DNA from: Candidatus Limnocylindrales bacterium
GTDB lineage: Bacteria; Chloroflexota; Limnocylindria; Limnocylindrales; CSP1-4
Direction: 5' to 3'
Assembly (NCBI GenBank): GCA_038322255.1
Contig: JBBQFS010000001.1
Location: forward strand, 11,729-75,728
DNA length: 64,000 nt
Below the pieces are notes generated by a model. The model was given only the letters and a program-made list of their open reading frames with translations, was not told the DNA's origin and did no database searches. The position numbers and the translations under genes are program-made. Position 1 is the stretch's first letter. Every line of letters begins with the position of its first letter. Below are positions 56,508 to 64,000 of this stretch, piece after piece.

Positions 56508-57253
56508 CGAGCGAGGTGTCGCTGGCAGCCCGGAGGCGGGTGCGGATCACCGACACGGTCCTGGGCGGCGGCGATGCCGCGGTCGAGGCCTACGTCGTCG
56601 AACGGCCCGACGAGCCCGTCGTGGCCGGGATCCTCTTCCTGCACTGGCTCGGCGACCACCGCAGCGACCGGACGCAGTTCCTTTCGGAGGCCCGCGAGCT
56701 CGCCACGTTGGGCGTTCGAAGCGTCCTGCCCGCCGGTCGACTGCCCTGGGTGCCGGAACCGGTGAACGCTGCCACCGATATCGCCAACATCGAGGCCGAG
56801 CAACGGCGGCTCGGAGCCGCGCTCGAGGCACTCACAAGTGGGCTGCCCAAGGGCGCGCCGATCGGCCTGGTTGGCCACGACTTCGGCGCGATGCACGGCC
56901 TGCTCCTGGCCGCGCGCCAGCCGCGGTTCAGGGCCGCCGTCCTCATCGGGGCTACGCCGCGCTGGGGCGACTGGTTCCTGCGGTTCTGGCAGGTCGACGG
57001 CGACCGGTTCGACTACCTCCGCAGGCTTTCCCCAGTCGACCCGATCGAGGCGGCGCGTGACCTCAAGGCCACAGTGCTCTGGCAGTTCAGCGAGCGTGAC
57101 TTCTTCATCGCCCCGATGTCCGCGGTCGAGCTGGCGAAGGCCGCGCCGGGTGAGCCGGTGATCGAGTGGTATCCGGCCGATCACGCGATGCGGAGCCCGA
57201 AGGCGCGCCGGTCGAGGATCGCGTTCCTCCGTCGGGAGCTGCACCTTCGCTGA
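56504..57253 (+). CDS. Alpha/beta-hydrolase fold protein (dienelactone hydrolase-like)
   Basis: A TTG at 56504 overlaps the add stop (TTGA); alternatively GTG at 56489. Nucleophile elbow GLVGHDFGA. Weak family assignment. Confidence 0.5.
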   Translation: MTSEVSLAARRRVRITDTVLGGGDAAVEAYVVERPDEPVVAGILFLHWLGDHRSDRTQFLSEARELATLGVRSVLPAGRLPWVPEPVNAATDIANIEAEQRRLGAALEALTSGLPKGAPIGLVGHDFGAMHGLLLAARQPRFRAAVLIGATPRWGDWFLRFWQVDGDRFDYLRRLSPVDPIEAARDLKATVLWQFSERDFFIAPMSAVELAKAAPGEPVIEWYPADHAMRSPKARRSRIAFLRRELHLR

Positions 57254-57324
57254 CAGCGCGCAGCGTCGTCACGCGGCCGGAGGCCGACGGACACTCCGGC
57301 GCGAGACCTTCACTACGATGTTCC

Positions 57325-57421
57325 GGGAGCGGAGGGGTCCCGGTGGGCTTCCTCGTCTTCAAAACGAGTGGCGCGGCGCTCGGCGTCGCGCGGTGGGTTC
57401 GACTCCCATGCGCTCCCGCCA
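57325..57421 (+). tRNA. selC: tRNA-Sec (selC), anticodon TCA
   Basis: 97 nt. The acceptor stem GGGAGCG(G)/(G)CGCTCCC has 7 bp plus a G-G at position 8. D-region CCCGGTGGGC. Anticodon loop CTTCAAA with TCA at 57359-57361. Long variable arm. T-arm GGTGGGTTCGACTCCCAT is identical in loop to E. coli selC. Discriminator G and CCA are encoded. Sits immediately upstream of selA. Confidence 0.8.
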
Positions 57422-57470
57422 GCGCGGCTGCACCAGCGAGGACGATCGAGCCGATGACCGGATCGAGCCG

Positions 57471-58922
57471 ATGACGAGAGAACGGCGGCCCCCCAGCGTC
57501 GACGCGATCCTGCGTGCCGCGGCGCCGGGCCTCGACGGGCGCGACCACGAGGCGGTCGTCCTCGTGGCACGCGAGGTCGTGGCGGGGGAGCGGGCGCGGC
57601 TCGCGGGCGGCGGCCCTGGGGCGGCCGCGGCGAAGCTCGCCGACGAGCTGCGCGAACGCCTCGAGGCGCTCGAGGGGGGAAGCGATGAGGCAGGCGCGCG
57701 GGCCGCCGGCTCCGGGCTTCAGCCCGTCATCAACGCGACCGGCGTGATCCTGCACACGAACCTCGGGCGCGCGCCGTGGCCCGACGCGGCGATCAAGGCA
57801 GGCCAACTGGCCGCGAGCGGTCCCTCGATGCTCGAGCTCGATGCCGACTCGGGGCGCCGGGGCCGGCGCTTCCGGGCGGTCGAGGATGAAGTCGTCGCAT
57901 TGACCGGCGCCGACGACGCGCTGGTCACCAACAACAATGCCGCCGCGGTTGCGCTTGCGGTCGGGCTCGCGGGGCGCGGCGGCGTTGCGGTCTCGCGTGG
58001 TGAGCTCGTCGAGATCGGTGGCGGCGTCCGGATTCCGGAGATCGTGCGCCGCGCGGGCGCCCGCCTCCTCGAGGTGGGCACGACGAATCGCACCCGCGTC
58101 GCCGACTTCGAAACGGCCCTCGTCGAAGGCCGCGCGAAGCTCGTCTTGCGCGTCCATCCCTCGAACTTCACCCAAACCGGGTTCGTGGAATCGCCGGACG
58201 ACGCGGAGCTCGCGGCGGTGGCCCACCGTCACGGGGCCCTGGTGGTCGACGACCTCGGGTCGGGCGCCCTACTCGACACGGCGCGATTCGGTCTCGCCCA
58301 CGAGCCGATGCCGCGCGAGCGCCTCGAAGCGGGTGCTGACCTCGTGACATTTTCCGGCGACAAGCTCGTCGGTGGGCCTCAGGCCGGGATCATCGCTGGC
58401 CGCGCCGATCTCGTGGAACGGCTGCGGCGCGACCCCCTGGCCCGCGCGATGCGCCCGGACAAGGTCGTCCTCGCGGCGCTGGCTGCGACGCTCAGGCTGT
58501 ACCGAGCCGGGGTCGCGCACACCGCCATCCCGATCTGGCGCCAGATTGCGGCACCACTCGACGGGCTCGAACGACGCGCGACCGACGTCCTCGCGGCGCT
58601 CACCGGCGGCGCGTCCCTGCTCAACGCCGACGCCTCGCCCGGGACCCGCGGCGTCACGCTCGGCGTCGAGCCGACCGAGTCGACCATCGGCGGCGGCTCG
58701 CTGCCCGGGCAGACGCTCGCGTCCTGGGCAGTCGTCATCGTCGGTCCGCCGCCGCAGCGCCTGCTCGCCGCGCTTCGGGACGGGCACCCGCCGGTGATCG
58801 GCCGGGTGGTCGACGACGCGGTCGTGCTCGACTTTCGAACGGTAGAGCCACGCGACGACAAGCGATTCGCCGACGCCGTTCGGGCAGCGATTCTGTCGAC
58901 CTCACCGCCCCTGCGGGGTTGA
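57471..58922 (+). CDS. selA: L-seryl-tRNA(Sec) selenium transferase
   Basis: ATG at 57471 (MTRERRPPSVDAILRAA...). PLP-lysine region FSGDKLVGGPQAGIIAG. INATGVILHTNLGRAPW. Confidence 0.9.
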   Translation: MTRERRPPSVDAILRAAAPGLDGRDHEAVVLVAREVVAGERARLAGGGPGAAAAKLADELRERLEALEGGSDEAGARAAGSGLQPVINATGVILHTNLGRAPWPDAAIKAGQLAASGPSMLELDADSGRRGRRFRAVEDEVVALTGADDALVTNNNAAAVALAVGLAGRGGVAVSRGELVEIGGGVRIPEIVRRAGARLLEVGTTNRTRVADFETALVEGRAKLVLRVHPSNFTQTGFVESPDDAELAAVAHRHGALVVDDLGSGALLDTARFGLAHEPMPRERLEAGADLVTFSGDKLVGGPQAGIIAGRADLVERLRRDPLARAMRPDKVVLAALAATLRLYRAGVAHTAIPIWRQIAAPLDGLERRATDVLAALTGGASLLNADASPGTRGVTLGVEPTESTIGGGSLPGQTLASWAVVIVGPPPQRLLAALRDGHPPVIGRVVDDAVVLDFRTVEPRDDKRFADAVRAAILSTSPPLRG

Positions 58923-58929
58923 CACCAGC

Positions 58930-59145
58930 ATGGACGCGACCACGGCGTTCGGCGTCGCGGCCCTCAGCTTCATGATGCTGATGTATGCGCTGGAACGGCG
59001 CGGGCGCGTCTTCGTCCTCGCATTCGCAGCGGGGTGCGCCCTCTCGAGCGCCTACGGATTCGCGTCTGGCGCCTGGCCGTTCGGCGTTGTTGAAGCCATC
59101 TGGACGGTCATCGCGCTCCGTCGCTACGCCACGGACCCGAGCTGA
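58930..59145 (+). CDS. Hypothetical small membrane protein (71 aa, 2 predicted TM helices)
   Basis: ORF between selA and selB. Its TGA overlaps the selB ATG (TGATG). No RBS upstream. No family recognised. Confidence 0.35.
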   Translation: MDATTAFGVAALSFMMLMYALERRGRVFVLAFAAGCALSSAYGFASGAWPFGVVEAIWTVIALRRYATDPS

Positions 59146-61076
59146 TGCATGACCCCAACGTCGGGCCGACCGTCGTCATCGGCACCGCCGGCCACATCGA
59201 CCACGGCAAGACGAGCCTCCTGCGCGCGTTGACCGGCATCGACGCCGACCGGCTGCCCGAGGAGCAGGCCCGGGGCATGACGATCGACGTCGGATACGCC
59301 CATCTCACGTTCGGCGATGGCGTCGAGCTCGACTTCGTCGACGTGCCGGGGCATGACCGCCTGATCGGCAACATGCTCGTCGGAGCGGGCGAGGTCGACG
59401 CGGCGATGGTCGTCGTCGCCGCCGACGATGGGCCTCGGCCGCAGACGCTGGAGCACCTGCAATTGCTCGACGCGCTCGGCATCGACGAGGGTCTCGCGGT
59501 GGTGACGAAGGTCGATGCGGTCGACCCGACGAGAGTCACGGAGGTCGTGAGCGCCGTGACCGCGCTCCTCGCCGTGACATCGCTCCGTGGTTCTCCCGTT
59601 CTCCCGGCATCGTCGGTGACAGGAGAGGGGATCGAGGCGGTTCGAACGGCGCTTCGATCTGTGCGTGACGGGGTTGCTGCGCGATGGTCGGCGGTTGGGC
59701 TGCCACCTCACGGCGCGGGCCCGCTCCGGCTCGCAGTCGACCGCGCCTTCGCGGTCAAGGGTCGGGGCGCGGTTGTCACAGGGAGCCTTCGCGGCGGCGC
59801 GCTGGAATCCGGAGCGACGCTCCGGCGCGAGCCAGGCGGTGAATCGATCCGCATTCGCGAGGTCCAAGTGCACAGCCATGCGCGGGATCGTCACGACGGC
59901 GGCCGGACGGCGCTCAACGTGGTGGGGCTGCCGGTCGAGTCCCTACGGCGTGGCGACGTGCTGACGAGCGGACCCGGTGTGCTCGGGAGCGATCGGATCC
60001 TCGTCGAGCTTCGGCCGCCAGCCCGCGTTGGGCCAGCGACGGCTCGTCCACCGAAGGTCGGCGCTCGACTCCGACTGCACGTCGGCACCGATAAGGCCGA
60101 GGCGACGCTCCGGCTGGTTCGCGCGCGCCCGAGTGCGGCGATCCTGACCCTGGAGCGACCAGTTGCGACATTCGTGGGCGATCGAGCAATCCTTCGGGAG
60201 CCAGCGTCGGGGGACGTCGTCGCCGGCGTTCGCGTCCTCGACCCGCGACCGCCTCGGGGCCCTTCGCGACGTCGCTTGACCGCTGCACGCCTTCAGGTCC
60301 TGTCGGCGGCGGTCGAAACGGGCGACGTCAGCGCGACTTGGTCGGCTCGCGTCGAGTTGCACGGGGCCATCGCGCTGGCGTCATCGCTTGACGGCGGAGG
60401 TCGAGGGCCGACGGCGCCGAATCTGGCGCTCGCGGCCGACGTGCGAACCGCGCTTGAGGAGGCCGCCCTCGAGGCCGTGACCGCGCAGCATCGCGAGGCG
60501 CCACTTCGTCCGGGTCTGGCACTCCCGCGCGCGCGCGCCGCGCTCCTCCGGCGGCTCCGCTCCCTCGCGACCATCGAGCGCCGCGACGCCGAGGCTGCGG
60601 GATCGGCCGTTGCCGGCGTGCTCGACCACCTCGTCGAGCAGGGCTTGCTTGTCCGGCAGGGCGAGGCGCTGCGCGATCCGTCCCGCGGCTCAGAGCTGCC
60701 GCCGGACCTGGTCGCCGCGATGGATCGGCTCGAATCAGCCCTCGCGATCGCCGCGCCGCCGCCGCTCGAAGCCGCGGCGCTCGAGGCTGGCTGCCCAACC
60801 GAGGGCATTCGCGCGCTCCAGGCCGCCGGGCGCATTGTTCGACTCGGGCCGGATCTCGCCTGGGCGACGCCGACGTTCCACCGCCTCGCGGCCGTCGCCC
60901 TCGACCGATCGCGCCAGGCGCCGCTCACGCCCGCGGCCTACCGGGACGCGACCGGGACCAGCCGGCGCTACGTGCTCGCCATCCTCGAGGACCTGGATCG
61001 GCGCGGAATCCTGCAGCGAACCCCCGAGGGCCACATTCCCGGCCCTCGGGCTCCGCGGGCGGAGCCGGTCGCGTGA
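59145..61076 (+). CDS. selB: Selenocysteine-specific translation elongation factor
   Basis: G-domain motifs (IGTAGHIDHGKTSL, DVPGH, TKVD). Long C-terminal winged-helix region. 643 aa. Confidence 0.9.
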   Translation: MHDPNVGPTVVIGTAGHIDHGKTSLLRALTGIDADRLPEEQARGMTIDVGYAHLTFGDGVELDFVDVPGHDRLIGNMLVGAGEVDAAMVVVAADDGPRPQTLEHLQLLDALGIDEGLAVVTKVDAVDPTRVTEVVSAVTALLAVTSLRGSPVLPASSVTGEGIEAVRTALRSVRDGVAARWSAVGLPPHGAGPLRLAVDRAFAVKGRGAVVTGSLRGGALESGATLRREPGGESIRIREVQVHSHARDRHDGGRTALNVVGLPVESLRRGDVLTSGPGVLGSDRILVELRPPARVGPATARPPKVGARLRLHVGTDKAEATLRLVRARPSAAILTLERPVATFVGDRAILREPASGDVVAGVRVLDPRPPRGPSRRRLTAARLQVLSAAVETGDVSATWSARVELHGAIALASSLDGGGRGPTAPNLALAADVRTALEEAALEAVTAQHREAPLRPGLALPRARAALLRRLRSLATIERRDAEAAGSAVAGVLDHLVEQGLLVRQGEALRDPSRGSELPPDLVAAMDRLESALAIAAPPPLEAAALEAGCPTEGIRALQAAGRIVRLGPDLAWATPTFHRLAAVALDRSRQAPLTPAAYRDATGTSRRYVLAILEDLDRRGILQRTPEGHIPGPRAPRAEPVA

Positions 61077-61798
61077 ACCGACGGCCCGACCGACGGCCCG
61101 ATGGATCGCCGGATCCTCCAAGCGTGTCGGCCCCGCTCCGGCAGGCCGTCACGGCGATCGTGCTGGCAGGCGGTCGTTCGTCGCGGTTCGGCGGCCCGAA
61201 GCTCGTCGTCGAGCTTGACGGCGCGACCCTCCTCGACCGCGCCGTGCGCGCGGTCCAATCCGTCGCCACGTTTGTCATCGTCGCTGGTCCGGAGCCCGCG
61301 GCGCGGTTGGGTTCGTCCACCCCGCGACGTCGCCTTGGCGCTGCTGGCGACGCCCCGGCTTCGTCCGTCCGGTTCGTCGACGACGACCAGCCATTTGCCG
61401 GCCCGCTCGCGGCGCTCGCCGGCGCGCTCCGCGAGACCTCGACCGAGCTCGCCATCATCGTCGGTGGCGACATGCCGGGCCTCGTGCCCGCCGTGCTCGC
61501 CGCGATGCTGGACAACCTCGCGTCGGACCTCACTGTCGATGCGGTCCACCTCGCCGGCGTGACAGAGCCCCCGCATCGGGAGGTCCTCCCGCTCGGGCTC
61601 CGAGTCGCACCGGCCGCGAAGGCCGCCGTCGCGCGCCTGGGAAACGGCGATCGCTCGCTCGTGCGCCTCCTTGACCGCCTTCGGACCGTCGAGATTCCGG
61701 CCACCGAATGGTTGGCTCTCGACCCGGCCGGCCGGACCCTCCTGGACGTCGACGAGCCGAGAGATCTGGAGCGTTGGGACGCAGGCGAGATTCGCTGA
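61073..61798 (+). CDS. mobA: Molybdenum cofactor guanylyltransferase
   Basis: A GTG overlaps the selB TGA (GTGA). N-terminus TAIVLAGGRSSRFGGPKLVVELDG is the MobA NTP-transferase signature. Confidence 0.8.
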   Translation: MNRRPDRRPDGSPDPPSVSAPLRQAVTAIVLAGGRSSRFGGPKLVVELDGATLLDRAVRAVQSVATFVIVAGPEPAARLGSSTPRRRLGAAGDAPASSVRFVDDDQPFAGPLAALAGALRETSTELAIIVGGDMPGLVPAVLAAMLDNLASDLTVDAVHLAGVTEPPHREVLPLGLRVAPAAKAAVARLGNGDRSLVRLLDRLRTVEIPATEWLALDPAGRTLLDVDEPRDLERWDAGEIR

Positions 61799-61912
61799 CC
61801 CCCTTTCGTCGCTTGCAGGGGCCCGTTACGCTCTCGCCTGCATGTGCGGCGCGGTGCTCCGTCTGCCGCGATGGATCAAACCGGCTCGATGGCCGAACGC
61901 GAGGGAGGAACC

Positions 61913-62464
61913 ATGCCACCTACGATCACGGCGTTCTGGAACAAGCTCAACGCCAACGAGAAGCTCGTCGGCTACGGAATCGTCATCGTGCTCATCTCGT
62001 GGCTCGTGGGCATCGTCACGGGCGGCGGGTTCGGCAGCAGCTGGGCCTTCGTCGCCGCGATCGCCGTCGCAATCATCTACTGGCTCAAGTACGCCCCGAA
62101 CCAGTCGATCACGTGGCCCGCGCCGATCCCAACGATCGTCCTGGTCATCTCCGGGATCGCCGCCCTGCTGTCGATCCTCGGGCTGCTGGCGTTGCTGAGC
62201 CTGCTCGGCTTCCTCGGAATCATCTATCTGCTCGCCGTCCTACTGAACGCGGTCGGGGCCGGGATCATGGCGTACGGCGCCTGGAAGGAATACCAGGCAA
62301 TGCCGAAGGCCGCCTCGAGCTCGGCATCACCGTCAGCGCCATCGGCGCCGATGTCGACCATGCCGCCGCCATCATCGGCGCCGATGTCGACCATGCCGCC
62401 GCCTCCTCCGGCCTCCACGACTCCGCCGGATTCGACCCCGCCCTCGGCCCCGCCGGCGCCCTGA
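61913..62464 (+). CDS. Hypothetical 4-TM membrane protein with Pro/Ser-rich C-terminal tail
   Basis: GGGAGGA RBS, then ATG at 61913 (MPPTITAFWNKLNANEKLVGYGIVIVLISW...). The tail SAPMSTMPPPSSAPMSTMPPPPPASTTPP is encoded by a 30-bp direct repeat. Locally lower GC. Confidence 0.5.
   Translation: MPPTITAFWNKLNANEKLVGYGIVIVLISWLVGIVTGGGFGSSWAFVAAIAVAIIYWLKYAPNQSITWPAPIPTIVLVISGIAALLSILGLLALLSLLGFLGIIYLLAVLLNAVGAGIMAYGAWKEYQAMPKAASSSASPSAPSAPMSTMPPPSSAPMSTMPPPPPASTTPPDSTPPSAPPAP
62341..62403. repeat. Direct repeat ATCGGCGCCGATGTCGACCATGCCGCCGCC x 2 (33-bp period)
   Basis: Seen in the sequence. In-frame, within the membrane-protein C-terminal tail. Confidence 0.6.
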
Positions 62465-62549
62465 CCGTCGCCCGATCCAGCTGCCCAAACGGCGGGCCGG
62501 GAGCAATCCCGGCCCGTTTCGTTTCCCGGGCTCGGCTCGGGCGGTTGGC

Positions 62550-64000
62550 TCAGGCATCTCCAGTGGCTGAAGCGCCGGCGCTTGAAGGCGAAGGGCCTGC
62601 CGCGGCGCGTCGCGGCTGACGCAGACCCACCGCGTTGACGGCCGCGCCCGCGACCATCAGTCCCGCCGCGACGATCGCAGCCAAGTGAAAAGCGTCGGTG
62701 GAAGCCACCCTGGTCGCCGTCGCCAATTCGGGTGGCGCGTTCTTCGGTGGCGGATTCAGCGGCTCGTACGCTGCGCGGAGCTCGGGTGAGCTGGGGTCGG
62801 TGCCTGGGACGGCCGCCGCGAGCGTCCCGTAGAACGCGCCGCTCACGACGATGAACACCACCGCGGCGATGATCGGCTGCCCGACCCGTGACAGCGCGTT
62901 GTTGATCGCGGATGCGATCCCCGCGTTGCGCACCGGCACGGAGCCCATCAGCGCCGTCGTAAGCGGCGCGACGAGCAGCGAGATCCCAAGGCCGAACAGG
63001 ATCGTCGCCGGAAGCGGGTCGACGAAGACGTCCGGCGGTGGCGCGAACGTCGACGGGTTCGAGAGTGACACCGTCCAGGGCTGCGAGGTCGGCGGCACTC
63101 GAGCCCACCAGAGCAGCCCGAGGGCCATCAGCACGGGACCCGCGACAAGGAACGGCCGGACGCCGACCCGGCCGGACACCGACCCGACTCGCGCGGACAG
63201 GAAAGTCAGGAGCAAGCCGCCCGGCAAGCCGATGATGGCAGCGCCCAGGGGGCTATAGCCGAGCGTGTTCTGGATGAATAGCGACTGGAACGTGAACGTC
63301 GTGTAGAGCGCGCCGTAGATCAGCAGCGTGGACAGGTTCACGGCGGCGAACTCCCGGATCCTGAACAGGCTGAGGGGCACCAGCGGGTGCTTGCGGCGGG
63401 CCATCAGGATTGGGAAGGCGATGGTTGCCGCGAGGCCTATTCCGATCGCGGCAAACGCCACCGGATCCTTCCACTGCTGCTGCTGGCCCCGAGTCGCCCC
63501 GAACGCCAGGCCTCCGACCGCCAGGACCGCCACGAATGCTCCCAGCCAGTCGAAGTGGCCCGTCGCCGAGTCGTTGCGCGATTCGTCCATGTACCGCCAG
63601 GCCAGCCAGGCACCGACCACGACGAGCGGCACGTTGATGAGGAACAGCGCCCGCCAGCCGGCGGTGTCGACCAGGATTCCGCCGATCGGCGGCCCGAAGG
63701 TCGACAGCGCGGACGTCACCGAGGCCCAGAGCCCGAACGCGCGAGCTCGGCTCGCGCCCTCGAAGGCGTTGGTGATGATCGATAGCGAGCCCGGAACGAG
63801 CAGCGCGCCGGCCACCCCCTGCAGCAGCCGGCCGAGCACGAGCAGCTCGAGGTTCGGCGCGAGCCCGCACAGGACCGACGTCGTCCCGAAACCGATCAGC
63901 CCGATGATGAACATCCGGCGCCGGCCGTAGAAGTCGCCGAGCGCACCGGCGAGGACGAGGAACGCGGCCAGCGTCGCGAGGTAGCCCGCGGTGACGTAGG
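62550..64000 (-). CDS. MFS transporter, DHA2 (EmrB/QacA-like, 14-TMS) family; 5' end beyond the window
   Basis: The frame stays open to the window edge (…LGDFYGRRRMFIIGLIGFGTTSVLCGLAP…). MFS motifs and a continuous hydrophobic profile. Confidence 0.8.
   Translation of the reverse strand, partial: YVTAGYLATLAAFLVLAGALGDFYGRRRMFIIGLIGFGTTSVLCGLAPNLELLVLGRLLQGVAGALLVPGSLSIITNAFEGASRARAFGLWASVTSALSTFGPPIGGILVDTAGWRALFLINVPLVVVGAWLAWRYMDESRNDSATGHFDWLGAFVAVLAVGGLAFGATRGQQQQWKDPVAFAAIGIGLAATIAFPILMARRKHPLVPLSLFRIREFAAVNLSTLLIYGALYTTFTFQSLFIQNTLGYSPLGAAIIGLPGGLLLTFLSARVGSVSGRVGVRPFLVAGPVLMALGLLWWARVPPTSQPWTVSLSNPSTFAPPPDVFVDPLPATILFGLGISLLVAPLTTALMGSVPVRNAGIASAINNALSRVGQPIIAAVVFIVVSGAFYGTLAAAVPGTDPSSPELRAAYEPLNPPPKNAPPELATATRVASTDAFHLAAIVAAGLMVAGAAVNAVGLRQPRRAAAGPSPSSAGASATGDA

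Overview
This is a 64-kb, very GC-rich (about 70%) bacterial chromosomal window, probably from an actinobacterial-type or soil genome. It is densely coded on both strands, with many 4-nt start/stop overlaps (GTGA, TTGA, ATGA).

Main content, left to right:
- A cell-surface polysaccharide cluster (1-8400): three GT1/GT2 glycosyltransferases, an acyltransferase-3/SGNH O-acetyltransferase, an FkbM methyltransferase and UDP-glucose dehydrogenase.
- Housekeeping genes: a SurA-like PPIase, mazG, rph and rdgB, glnA with a PucR-family regulator, resB, an Lrp regulator, a GGDEF cyclase, fumC, and two tRNA-Pro genes.
- Envelope and stress functions: an HtrA-like protease followed by an OmpR regulator, a histidine kinase and a YceI protein in one operon; DedA; SRPBCC; two AlkA-like glycosylases; an RlpA-like protein; a tryptophanase-like lyase; and a large multisensor histidine kinase.
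- A selenium/formate-dehydrogenase supra-locus in the right half (44.5-62 kb), which is the most notable feature. It contains fdhD, a NuoE/NuoF-fusion FdsB, and a formate dehydrogenase alpha subunit encoded as two separately placed, order-permuted fragments. The catalytic fragment carries an in-frame TGA at the canonical selenocysteine position, followed by a SECIS-like hairpin. The locus also holds selD, tRNA-Sec (selC, anticodon TCA), selA, selB and mobA, interleaved with uncharacterised small proteins and a SAM methyltransferase translationally coupled to selD.

Other oddities:
- A proline dehydrogenase interrupted by a single in-frame TAG.
- An rdgB with no canonical start codon behind a hairpin containing the rph stop.
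- A 5' remnant of a nucleoside phosphorylase gene next to tRNA-Pro(CGG).
- A 640-bp repeat-rich non-coding spacer upstream of fdsB.
- A lower-GC islet encoding a lysine-rich small protein with a palindromic putative operator.

No transposase, integrase or CRISPR array was seen. Many long antisense ORFs in the track are GC-content artefacts.
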